Origin: Lachnospiraceae bacterium
GTDB taxonomy: Bacteria > Bacillota > Clostridia > Lachnospirales > Lachnospiraceae
Length of the DNA stretch: 62,209 nt
Assembly (NCBI GenBank): GCA_017448845.1
Contig: JAFSKT010000042.1
Span: forward strand, 1-62,209
Direction: 5' to 3'
A program made the translations under genes and the position numbers. Below, in pieces: positions 10,481-19,849 of this stretch. Every line of letters starts with the position of its first letter. Position 1 is the first letter of the stretch. The notes under the pieces were generated by a model, which saw only the letters and a list, made by a program, of their open reading frames with translations, made no database searches and was not told where the DNA came from.

Positions 10481-11446
10481 TTGTTAGAATTCGAAAAGCC
10501 TAAGATCGAAATAGCCGAGCTTTCAAATGACGGCAAGTACGGTAAGTTTGTAGTAGAGCCTCTTGAGCGCGGTTACGGCGTTACCCTTGGAAATTCACTC
10601 CGCAGGATAATGCTTTCATCCCTGCCCGGCGCAGCAGTAAGCAGGGTAAAGATAGAGGGTATCCTCCACGAGTTTACATCCATTCCCGGAGTAAAGGAGG
10701 ATGTTACCGAGATCATCTTAAATATAAAGAATCTCTCAATTAAGAATAACAGTTCTACTGATGAGACCAAGACAGCCTATATCGAGGCTGAGGGCGAAGG
10801 AGAGATCACAGCTGCAGATATCCAGGTTGACCAGGATATCGAGATAATCAACAAGGATCAGCATATTGCCACAATAAGCGGCGGCAAGGATACCAAGCTC
10901 TATATTGAGCTCACCATCACAAAGGGCCGCGGATATGTGAGCTCCGATAAGAACAAGGGCGATGATATGCCCATCGGAGTTATAGCTGTTGATTCCATAT
11001 ACACCCCTGTAGAAAGGGTGAACTTAAGTGTTGAGAATACCCGTGTGGGACAGCAGACAGACTTTGATAAGCTGACACTGGATGTTTTCACAGACGGAAC
11101 TCTCACTCCCCAGGAAGCGGTTTCACTTGCCGCTAAGGTTCTGTCGGAGCACCTTTCACTGTTCATCAATCTTTCGGATGTGGCAGGAACCACCGATGTT
11201 ATGGTTGAGCCTCCCAGCACAGAGACCAAGAAGGTGCTGGAGATGAACATAGATGAGCTTGAGCTTTCAGTAAGGTCTTATAACTGCCTTAAGAGAGCAG
11301 GCATCAATACTGTTGCTGAGCTCATTAACAGGACTCCCGACGACATGATGAAGGTTCGTAACCTTGGACGTAAGTCCCTGGAGGAAGTCCTTGCAAAGCT
11401 AAACGAGCTGGGGCTTAAGTTAAACGAAAGCGAAGTAATAGAGTAG
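10481..11446 (+). CDS. rpoA: RNA polymerase subunit alpha
   Basis: [33 protein letters not shown]. Confidence 0.98.
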   Translation: MLEFEKPKIEIAELSNDGKYGKFVVEPLERGYGVTLGNSLRRIMLSSLPGAAVSRVKIEGILHEFTSIPGVKEDVTEIILNIKNLSIKNNSSTDETKTAYIEAEGEGEITAADIQVDQDIEIINKDQHIATISGGKDTKLYIELTITKGRGYVSSDKNKGDDMPIGVIAVDSIYTPVERVNLSVENTRVGQQTDFDKLTLDVFTDGTLTPQEAVSLAAKVLSEHLSLFINLSDVAGTTDVMVEPPSTETKKVLEMNIDELELSVRSYNCLKRAGINTVAELINRTPDDMMKVRNLGRKSLEEVLAKLNELGLKLNESEVIE

Positions 11447-11501
11447 CATTAGTGCCGGATGGTAAAGCCATAAGAGTTCATCCGGATGAAAGAGGTTAAA
11501 A

Positions 11502-12101
11502 ATGGGTAAATATAGGAAACTTGGACGCACCTCTTCCCAGAGGAAAGCACTTCTCAGGAATCAGGTAACAGCTCTTCTCCTTAACGGAAAGATCCGCACT
11601 ACACAGGCGAGGGCTGAGGAAGTCCAGAGTCTGGCAGAGAAGATGATCACTCTTGCAATAAAGGAAAAGGATAATTTCGAGAAAGTAACCATCAAGGCCA
11701 AGGAGCCCGTCAGAGATAAGGACGGACACAGGGTTAAGCAGATAGTTGACAAGGATGACCGTGAGAAGGTTCTTTCAGAGACCATCCGCGACGAGAACGG
11801 AAAGCTGCTCCACATCGAGAACGGCATCACCGTTACCAAGTTCAATATCGTTGACAAGGAGATAAAGAAGGATATGCCTTCAAGGCTCCATGCCCGTCGT
11901 AAGATGCTGGAATTCCTTTATCCTGTAACAGAGAATCCTACAGGAAAGAAGAAGGACAGAAAGAGTGTTGACCTTCCCGCAAAGCTTTTTGATGAGATAG
12001 CCCCGAAATATGCAGACCGCAAGGGCGGATATACACGTATTGTCAAGATAGGACTCCGTAAGGGAGACAATGCGATGGAAGTCCTCCTTGAGCTTGTCTG
12101 A
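11502..12101 (+). CDS. rplQ: 50S ribosomal protein L17 with long internal insertion
   Basis: [34 protein letters not shown]; 199 aa. Confidence 0.96.
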   Translation: MGKYRKLGRTSSQRKALLRNQVTALLLNGKIRTTQARAEEVQSLAEKMITLAIKEKDNFEKVTIKAKEPVRDKDGHRVKQIVDKDDREKVLSETIRDENGKLLHIENGITVTKFNIVDKEIKKDMPSRLHARRKMLEFLYPVTENPTGKKKDRKSVDLPAKLFDEIAPKYADRKGGYTRIVKIGLRKGDNAMEVLLELV

Positions 12102-12140
12102 AATAAAGCATGTAGTGCTTTAGGTATTAACACGAAATTT

Positions 12141-12169
12141 AAGAGAGGCAGAAATGCCTCTCTTGTTTT
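12141..12169 (+). terminator. Intrinsic terminator after rplQ
   Basis: AAGAGAGGCA-GAAA-TGCCTCTCTT-GTTTT. Confidence 0.8.
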
Positions 12170-12199
12170 AAATACGGGATGACCCGGATAGATTAGGTT

Positions 12200-13999
12200 A
12201 TGGGAATTGTAGAAGCGAAGGATCTGGTATTTGAATATATGAAGAGAGATGAGGAAGGCAATGCCGAAGGCTTTGTCAGGGCTCTTGACGGCATAAACTT
12301 AAGCATTAAAAAGGGCACTATCATTGCTATCCTCGGCGGAAACGGATCCGGGAAATCTACTTTCGCAAAGCACATCAACGCTATCCTCTACCCAGGAGAA
12401 GGCAGCGTCCTTGTGGACGGTAAGGACACCAGGAAGCCTGAGAACCTCTGGGATATAAGACAGGAAGCCGGAATGGTATTCCAGAACCCCGACAACCAGA
12501 TAATCGGAAATGTGGTGGAAGAAGATGTGGGTTTCGGTCCTGAAAACATGGGCATACCCACTGCGGAGATCTGGGAAAGGGTAAATGAGGCCCTGAAGGC
12601 CGTGGGAATGTACGGCTACAGAAAGCATTCCCCCAATAAGCTTTCCGGCGGCCAGAAACAGAGGGTGGCCATAGCCGGCGTAATGGCCATGCACCCCAAA
12701 TGTATTATTATGGACGAACCTACTGCCATGCTGGATCCCAAGGGCAGGAAGGAAGTTATACGGCAGATGAGGGCCTTAAACGATGTGGAGAAGATAACCG
12801 TGATCCTCATCACCCATTTTATGGAAGAGGCCATCTATGCCGATAAGATCTTCGTAATGGATCAGGGGAAGATCGCCATGCAGGGTACTCCCAGGGAGAT
12901 ATTCTCCGATGTGGAGTCCTTAAAGAAGCTGCGTCTCGATGTGCCCCAGTGCACCTATCTTGCTCATGTTCTTTCCGAAGAGGGATTTGAACTTCCGAAG
13001 GGGATACTCACCAGGGAGGAATTTATCCATGAGATGGTGAAGCATACCGGAGGCAGGTTCTATTCCGGCAGCCTTGAAAGCGTCAGTGAGCCCAAGAAAC
13101 CCTCTGATTATACAGATCCTGAACGGAATAAGAGGGACCTGAAGGAATCACTGATCCTTGATCATGTGAACTACTTATATGAAAAGGGCACCAGTGGTGA
13201 GATAAGGGCTTTGAATGATATATCCCTCCGGATAGGAAAGGGAGAGTTCATCGGGCTCATAGGACACACCGGTTCCGGAAAGTCCACCCTTGTACAGCAC
13301 TTAAACGGACTGCTGCTGCCAAGCTCCGGTCATGTTTATTTCAAAGGCGAGGACATAGCCGATAAGAAATTCAATAAGAAGGACCTCCGTTCCAAAGTGG
13401 GCCTTGTTTTCCAGTATCCCGAGCACCAGCTCTTTGAAGAGACGGTGTTTAAGGATGTGTGCTTTGGACCGAAGAATACAGGTAAGTCCCAGAAGGAAGC
13501 GGAACTTGCGGCTTTTGAAGCCCTGAGGGCTGTGGGACTTCCGGAGGAATATTATTACACTTCTCCCTTTGAGCTTTCAGGGGGACAGAAGAGAAGGGCT
13601 GCCATTGCCGGCGTGCTGGCAATGAAGCCGGAGATACTTATACTTGACGAGCCCACTGCAGGACTGGATCCCCAGGGTCGGGACGAGATACTGGATCTGA
13701 TTAAAGACCTGCATGAAAAGCAGGGGATCACCATAGTCCTTGTATCCCACAGCATGGAGGATGTTGCCAATTATGTCCAGAGGATACTGGTCATGGACAA
13801 GGGCCGTATCATAATGGACGGTGATACCAGGCATGTCTTCATGCGCTATAAGGAACTTGAAGAGATCGGGCTTTCGGCGCCTGTTGTCACTTACCTCATG
13901 CACGATCTGAGGGACAGGGGCTTTGACATAGATCCTCATGTTACCACCATAGAGGAAGCAAAGAGAGAGATAATGCGGATACTGTCTCCCGGTGTTTAG
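12200..13999 (+). CDS. ecfA: ECF transporter ATPase, fused EcfA-EcfA'
   Basis: Two ABC domains: GGNGSGKS/FQNPDNQ/LSGGQ/DEP and GHTGSGKS/FQYPEHQ/LSGGQ/DEPTAGLD; upstream of ecfT. Confidence 0.92.
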   Translation: MGIVEAKDLVFEYMKRDEEGNAEGFVRALDGINLSIKKGTIIAILGGNGSGKSTFAKHINAILYPGEGSVLVDGKDTRKPENLWDIRQEAGMVFQNPDNQIIGNVVEEDVGFGPENMGIPTAEIWERVNEALKAVGMYGYRKHSPNKLSGGQKQRVAIAGVMAMHPKCIIMDEPTAMLDPKGRKEVIRQMRALNDVEKITVILITHFMEEAIYADKIFVMDQGKIAMQGTPREIFSDVESLKKLRLDVPQCTYLAHVLSEEGFELPKGILTREEFIHEMVKHTGGRFYSGSLESVSEPKKPSDYTDPERNKRDLKESLILDHVNYLYEKGTSGEIRALNDISLRIGKGEFIGLIGHTGSGKSTLVQHLNGLLLPSSGHVYFKGEDIADKKFNKKDLRSKVGLVFQYPEHQLFEETVFKDVCFGPKNTGKSQKEAELAAFEALRAVGLPEEYYYTSPFELSGGQKRRAAIAGVLAMKPEILILDEPTAGLDPQGRDEILDLIKDLHEKQGITIVLVSHSMEDVANYVQRILVMDKGRIIMDGDTRHVFMRYKELEEIGLSAPVVTYLMHDLRDRGFDIDPHVTTIEEAKREIMRILSPGV

Positions 14000-14014
14000 G
14001 GAAAAGGATAAAAA

Positions 14015-14836
14015 ATGCTTCGAGAAATAACTCTGGGACAGTATTATGATACGAAGTCCGTAATTCATGAACTGGATCCCAGGACCAAGCTAATAGGCAC
14101 TTTTGTGTTCATCATATCGCTTTTCATTTTCAGGAGCGCTGCGGCAGTGATACTTGCCACGCTGTTCCTTATTTCCGTTGTGCTGCTTTCAAAGGTTCCC
14201 TTCAGCTACATGCTGAGGGGCATGAAGAGCATCTTTTTTATCCTGCTTTTAACCGTGGTATTCAATATGTTCCTGACGCCCGGGATCACAGTGTTCAGTT
14301 TCTGGATATTTAAGATAACGGATGAAGGCATAAAGATCGCGGCCTTTACCGCAATAAGGCTTATCTATCTGATAATCGGTTCATCGGTGATGACGCTTAC
14401 CACCACCCCAAATAACCTGACAGACGGGCTGGAATCCCTTATGTCTCCCTTAAAGCTCTTCAGGGTGCCTGTACATGAGGTGGCAATGATGATGACCATT
14501 GCCCTTAGGTTCATTCCCATCCTCATGGAAGAAACGGATAAGATCATGAAGGCCCAGGAAGCAAGGGGAGCGGATTTTGACAGCGGCAATGTGATAGAGC
14601 GGGCAAAGGCTCTGGTGCCGATCTTGGTACCCCTTTTCGTCTCTGCTTTCAGGAGAGCCAATGACCTGGCTCTTGCCATGGAAGCAAGATGCTACAGGGG
14701 CGGCGAAGGCAGGACAAAGATGAAGCCCCTTGTTTATAAAAAGAGGGACTTTGTGGCTTATGCTGTGCTGCTTTTCTATCTTGCGCTTGTGATCGCAGCC
14801 GGTATGCTCTTAAGCCGTTACGGCCTTGCTTTTTAA
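14015..14836 (+). CDS. ecfT: ECF transporter transmembrane component T
   Basis: LDPRTK, ALRFIP, two Ala-Arg motifs (AQEARG, AMEARC). Confidence 0.95.
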   Translation: MLREITLGQYYDTKSVIHELDPRTKLIGTFVFIISLFIFRSAAAVILATLFLISVVLLSKVPFSYMLRGMKSIFFILLLTVVFNMFLTPGITVFSFWIFKITDEGIKIAAFTAIRLIYLIIGSSVMTLTTTPNNLTDGLESLMSPLKLFRVPVHEVAMMMTIALRFIPILMEETDKIMKAQEARGADFDSGNVIERAKALVPILVPLFVSAFRRANDLALAMEARCYRGGEGRTKMKPLVYKKRDFVAYAVLLFYLALVIAAGMLLSRYGLAF

Positions 14837-14869
14837 TGCCGTGACGCTATTAAAACCGGGGTAAGTGGA

Positions 14870-15607
14870 ATGAGAAGGATACTGATAAAGGCTGCATACG
14901 ACGGAACTGATTATCACGGCTGGCAGGAAGCGGAAAACGCAGAGACCGTAGCCGGGAATATCAACCGTGCGTTAAAGAGCCTGACAGGCGAGGATATCGA
15001 AGTTATGGGTGCAAGCAGGACGGATGCCGGCGTCCATGCGAGGGGGAATCTCGCTGTATTCGATACTCTTTCAACCATTCCCGATGACAGGTTTTCTTTT
15101 GCCTTAAATACCTTTCTTCCTTCCGATATCAGGATCATTTCATCAAAGGAGGTTCCTCCGGATTTTCATTTCAGGAATATAAAAACGGAGAAGACCTATC
15201 TTTACAGGATAGTCCGTACCGAAATCCCGGATCCCTTAAGGATAAGATTTGCCTGGGACATTTCCTTTGACCTTGACCCGGAGAAGATGAGGATTGGGGC
15301 TTCCTATCTCCTTGGAGAGCACGATTTCAAATCCTTCTGCTCGGTTCACACGGATGCAAAGACAACGGTTAGGGAGATAAGCCATATTTCCCTTGAGGAA
15401 AAAGAGGATGAGATCCACCTTACGGTGAAGGGCTACGGTTTCCTTTACAACATGGTAAGGATAATCACCGGCACCCTTGTGGAGATCGGCAGGGGAAAGA
15501 GGGAACCTGAGGACATACCTCTTATCCTTGAAGCCCTGGACAGAAGGAAAGCCGGACCCACTGCGCCTCCAAACGGGCTTACTCTGATGAATATAAGGTT
15601 CTTATGA
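14870..15607 (+). CDS. truA: tRNA pseudouridine(38-40) synthase
   Basis: YDGTDYHGWQ, SRTDAGVHA, GFLYNMVRII, TAPPNGL. Confidence 0.95.
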   Translation: MRRILIKAAYDGTDYHGWQEAENAETVAGNINRALKSLTGEDIEVMGASRTDAGVHARGNLAVFDTLSTIPDDRFSFALNTFLPSDIRIISSKEVPPDFHFRNIKTEKTYLYRIVRTEIPDPLRIRFAWDISFDLDPEKMRIGASYLLGEHDFKSFCSVHTDAKTTVREISHISLEEKEDEIHLTVKGYGFLYNMVRIITGTLVEIGRGKREPEDIPLILEALDRRKAGPTAPPNGLTLMNIRFL

Positions 15608-15608
15608 G

Positions 15609-17981
15609 GTGTTTATGATCACTCACCGCGTGATAAGGATATACGGCATAGTACAGGGAGTGGGCTTCAGGCCCTTTGTTAAGAGAGAGGCTGACTCCCG
15701 GGGGATCGTGGGCTTTGTTAAGAATAAGGGTTCCATGGTGGAAATAGTGGCTTCCGGCCCTGAAGAAGGGGTGCGGGAGTTTTATAATGCGCTGATATCC
15801 TCGCCGCCGGAGAGGGCGGTTATCATACGTTCGGAGATCAGTGAAGAGTGCATTCCTTCAGTGACCGGTGAAGGCGGTATGGGAGATGTTGAAGCTTCCG
15901 GGGCTTATGGTTTTGAAATTAGAAAGAGCGAGCATGTTTCCGGGGAAAAGTTCATGTCTCCGGATATCGGTATCTGTGAAGAGTGCGCAAAGGAGCTATT
16001 TGATCCGGGGAACAGAAGATATCTCCACCCCTTTATAAACTGCACCCAGTGCGGCCCCAGATTTACGATCCTTAAGTCCTTCCCCTATGACAGGGAAAGG
16101 AGCAGCATGGGAGCCTTTCCTCTCTGCCCGGAATGCGGCAGGGAATATGAGGATCCGGATTCCAGGATGTTCGATCTCCAGAGCGTATGCTGCAATGACT
16201 GCGGGCCTTCTGTTTATGTGATGGGCAGGGATATAAGCGGTCTGGCGGCGATCTCCGAAACGAGGAAGGTGATCGCGGAAGGCGGGATAGCCGCAGTAAA
16301 GGGGATAGGCGGCTTTCATCTCTGCTGCTCTGCTTATGACGATAAGGCGGTCAACCTTCTGAGACAGAGAAAGAACAGGCCCTCAAAGCCCTTTGCGGTT
16401 ATGATGAAGGATATGGATACCGTTAAGAGGGCGTGCGAAGTAAGTTCCCTGCAGGAAAAGGCCTTAAAGGCTTATCAGAGGCCCATAGTCCTTCTTGATA
16501 AAAAAGATGTCTTGGGTGTTTCCACTGCGGTGGCTCCGGACAATCCGAAGCTTGGGGTGATGCTGCCCTATGCGCCGCTGCAGCTTCTGCTGTTTAATCT
16601 TCAGGACGGATCGGAGATCCCGGATGCACTGGTCATGACCAGCGGAAATGTGTCCGGTGCTCCCATCTGCATAAATGACGAAGAGGCCTTTGAGATACTT
16701 TCTCCTTTTTCCGATATCATACTTTCGCATAACAGGGAGATACTTACAAGGGCAGACGATTCGGTAATGGACTTCTTTGAGGATAAGCCCTATATGATAA
16801 GGAGATCCAGAGGCTTTGCGCCGCTGCCCCTTATGATCCCCTTTAAGGATATGCAGGATAAAGGGACGGTCCTTGCTGTGGGCGGAGAGCTTAAGAACAC
16901 TTTCTGCATCGCGGAAGGCAATAAGCTCTATCCTTCAGCCTATGTGGGAGACATGACGGATATAAGGTCGGGGACTGCCCTTAGAAAGGGGATAGAGCGG
17001 ATGGAGGAGCTCCTTGAGCTTAAGCCGGAGATCATTATTTCCGATATGCACCCGGGCTATTCTTCAGTGAAGATCGCGGAGGAAACAGCGGCGGAGCTTA
17101 AGATTCCTCACATCAAGGTACAGCACCACTATGCTCATATCTTATCCTGTATGGCGGAAAACGGCTTTTCAGGCCCTGTGATCGGGGCGGCCTTTGACGG
17201 CACCGGATACGGGGAAGACGGAAGTATCTGGGGAAGCGAGATAATGAGGGCAGATCTTTCGGGCTATGAGAGGCTTTCACATATCAGGCCCTTCATGCAG
17301 GCAGGGGGAGACAGCTCTGCAAAAGAGGGATGGAAGTGCGCGGTATCTCTGCTTAAGCTTTCACACCCGGACCGTGGGTCGGAGACAGCTGCAAAGCTTG
17401 GGCTCTGCAGCACGGAAGAGGCAGAGTTTATATTCCGCATGGCGGAAACAGGAGTTAACTCTGTTACGTCCTACAGTGCCGGAAGGCTCTTTGACGCTGT
17501 GTCCGCAGTCCTCAGGTTTTGCAGGGAATCCTCCTTTGAAGGAGAGGCCGCCATGCTATTACAGTTCGGGGCTGAAAGACATGAAAGAAGCTCAAAAGCC
17601 CGGAACAGCGAAGTGCTGCCATTAAGCTTAATACAGAAAGCAGAAAAGCTCTGCCAGGATGACGGACAGAGCTTACTAAAGACGGATATTCTTTTTAAGA
17701 TCATTGTTGACGAGGTTTTGGCGGGAGAAGACAGAGAGATGCTTGCTTTCTTTTTCCATTATGCCTTCGCGCTTTTAACCGTATCCGATATTCATAAAGC
17801 CTGCAAAGAAAGCGGCATAAGGACTGCAGCTTTGAGTGGAGGCTGTTTCCAGAATCTTTTATTCCTCCGTCTTGTAAAAGATGGACTTACCGGGCGGGGA
17901 ATCTCCGTACTTACCCACAGCCTTATCCCTGCAAATGACGGCGGTATCGCCATCGGCCAGTGTCTCATGGGACGGGGTTAG
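15609..17981 (+). CDS. hypF: Carbamoyltransferase HypF
   Basis: Acylphosphatase GIVQGVGFRP, two zinc fingers (CEEC..NCTQCGP; CPEC..CNDCGP), KGIGGFHL, QHHYAH, DGTGYG, NDGGIAIGQ; start may be ATG 15615. Confidence 0.93.
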   Translation: MFMITHRVIRIYGIVQGVGFRPFVKREADSRGIVGFVKNKGSMVEIVASGPEEGVREFYNALISSPPERAVIIRSEISEECIPSVTGEGGMGDVEASGAYGFEIRKSEHVSGEKFMSPDIGICEECAKELFDPGNRRYLHPFINCTQCGPRFTILKSFPYDRERSSMGAFPLCPECGREYEDPDSRMFDLQSVCCNDCGPSVYVMGRDISGLAAISETRKVIAEGGIAAVKGIGGFHLCCSAYDDKAVNLLRQRKNRPSKPFAVMMKDMDTVKRACEVSSLQEKALKAYQRPIVLLDKKDVLGVSTAVAPDNPKLGVMLPYAPLQLLLFNLQDGSEIPDALVMTSGNVSGAPICINDEEAFEILSPFSDIILSHNREILTRADDSVMDFFEDKPYMIRRSRGFAPLPLMIPFKDMQDKGTVLAVGGELKNTFCIAEGNKLYPSAYVGDMTDIRSGTALRKGIERMEELLELKPEIIISDMHPGYSSVKIAEETAAELKIPHIKVQHHYAHILSCMAENGFSGPVIGAAFDGTGYGEDGSIWGSEIMRADLSGYERLSHIRPFMQAGGDSSAKEGWKCAVSLLKLSHPDRGSETAAKLGLCSTEEAEFIFRMAETGVNSVTSYSAGRLFDAVSAVLRFCRESSFEGEAAMLLQFGAERHERSSKARNSEVLPLSLIQKAEKLCQDDGQSLLKTDILFKIIVDEVLAGEDREMLAFFFHYAFALLTVSDIHKACKESGIRTAALSGGCFQNLLFLRLVKDGLTGRGISVLTHSLIPANDGGIAIGQCLMGRG

Positions 17982-17985
17982 TGGT

Positions 17986-19626
17986 TCATTTTCCGTATTT
18001 TTCTATATCCATAAGCCCTTCATGTTTTGCAACAATGGTGGTGACCACAGCGTCACCGGTGACATTTGCGCAGGTCTGCATCATGCTCACCAGAGGGTAA
18101 AGGCCCATCACAAGGCTTATGGACTCTGCAGGGATCCCTATCTGGGGCACTAACAATGCAATGCACACAAGGTTTCCGCCGGGAACTCCCGGACTTCCCA
18201 TAGACAGTACTATTATTGAGATAAAGAGGGAGAGAAGAACGCTCCCTGTTACCGGAATGTCAAATATCTTTGCAAAGAAGAGGGCTGTGATCACAAGGGA
18301 AATACAGCTCCCGTCCATGTTTATGGTGGCCCCGAGGGGCAGTGAAAATGAATAAACCCTGGGGGAAATACCCATTTCGTCACACTGTTTTATGGATGAA
18401 GGCAGTGCCGCGTTGCTGGAAGAGAAGGTGAACGCAGTGACCATGGCAGGGTAGTATTTCATAAGGAAGGTCAGGGGATTCAATCCCGCAAACACCAGTA
18501 AGAGCAGGAGGTACATGACTATCATAAGTACATCCCCGAAATAGATCACAGGAACCCAGAGGATCACATTTGCCAGATCCGCAAGGTTCATGGAGATCAT
18601 CATCTTTGCCATGGAGCAGAAAACGATAAGAGGGATAAAAGTCACAAGGACTGCTGTGATCTTTGAAACTATTGCGTTAAATAACAAAAGCAGGTCCCGG
18701 CCCAAAGGGTATTTCTTTGCAAGGGAGGCTGCCGCCAGGCCAAGGATCATGGCCATAAAGATTATCTGCAGCATATCCGACTTCTGGAAGGGGGTAATGA
18801 TATCACCGGGCACTATCCCCACAATGGTATCCTTAATGGAAACTGTGGCGTTTTCACTCTTAGCCACGGTTTCGGAGGCAGTCTCACTTGAGACCGCTGC
18901 GGCAAGGGAAGTATTTCCTATGGGGAAGATCCTGTATGTGAGCATACCAATGCCTATGGCGATAACGGAAGTAAGGATATACATCATAATGACTCTCAAT
19001 GCTATCCGGCCTAAGGCCCTTATATCACCGAAGTCCGCTATGCTGACCGCAATGGAGAAGAAGACCAGAGGCGCCACCACCATCTTAAGCGCATTCATGA
19101 ACATATTGTATATGGGAATAAAGAGGTTTGCGCTTATCCCCTTTGAAAGCTCTGCCGGCAGGAAATGCTGCATGACAAGTCCTGTGCCGATTCCAAGCGC
19201 CATGGCAACAAGGGTGTAGATAAGGCCGGAATAGTGGGACTTTGTCACCCTGACTTCCGCGGTATTTACGCCCTTGCGGTTATCTATGTGGAGGTTTTCA
19301 CCGAGGATCTTGCTTAAGAGTCTCCGGATTGCGATATTTGCTTCTTCATCTTCCTGCTCAAAAAGGAGATCCTTCTCGATGTCAGCGGCATCAAAAGGTT
19401 CCCCCTTCGCCCTGAAGCGGATATCTACATTTCCAAGTATCCCGCCCACTTCGATCTTTATCTGTTCTTCCGGATCCGGCGCATTGGAAATAAGCCTTGC
19501 CAGCACTTCCTCGGAAGTGAGGAGGGCCTTTGATACGGCTTTGGAAGGAACTTTCCTGCTATTTAAGTTCTCCTTTATATAGTCAAGTCCTGTGGATATG
19601 TTCTCAGCTTTGCATGTCAGTAACAT
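17986..19626 (-). CDS. DAACS family cation symporter with N-terminal soluble domain
   Basis: FSSSNAALP and PLGATINMDG motifs, NVTGD; about 130-aa hydrophilic N-terminus; ATG 19626 has a GGAG SD (ORF track starts at 19647). Confidence 0.88.
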   Translation of the reverse strand: MLLTCKAENISTGLDYIKENLNSRKVPSKAVSKALLTSEEVLARLISNAPDPEEQIKIEVGGILGNVDIRFRAKGEPFDAADIEKDLLFEQEDEEANIAIRRLLSKILGENLHIDNRKGVNTAEVRVTKSHYSGLIYTLVAMALGIGTGLVMQHFLPAELSKGISANLFIPIYNMFMNALKMVVAPLVFFSIAVSIADFGDIRALGRIALRVIMMYILTSVIAIGIGMLTYRIFPIGNTSLAAAVSSETASETVAKSENATVSIKDTIVGIVPGDIITPFQKSDMLQIIFMAMILGLAAASLAKKYPLGRDLLLLFNAIVSKITAVLVTFIPLIVFCSMAKMMISMNLADLANVILWVPVIYFGDVLMIVMYLLLLLVFAGLNPLTFLMKYYPAMVTAFTFSSSNAALPSSIKQCDEMGISPRVYSFSLPLGATINMDGSCISLVITALFFAKIFDIPVTGSVLLSLFISIIVLSMGSPGVPGGNLVCIALLVPQIGIPAESISLVMGLYPLVSMMQTCANVTGDAVVTTIVAKHEGLMDIEKYGK

Positions 19627-19779
19627 CTCTTTTACTCCATAAAGCATACGGTTTTCGGTACCGGAACATTCTATCAGATTTCGTTTAAATCCTCAAATGG
19701 ACCGGGGTTGCAGGCAGGTATTCGTTGATGCTGTGCAGAGTTATCGTAAAGAGCGTTGACTATTTTGGGCAAAAAACGG

Positions 19780-19808
19780 TTGACGTAATCCGCAGCGTGA
19801 ATTAGAAT
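19780..19808 (+). promoter_or_regulatory. Sigma-70 type promoter of rny
   Basis: TTGACG-17 nt-TAGAAT. Confidence 0.65.
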
Positions 19809-19849
19809 AAGAATGTTGCAAAAAACTAAATAGGAGGTAAGCTGTACAG

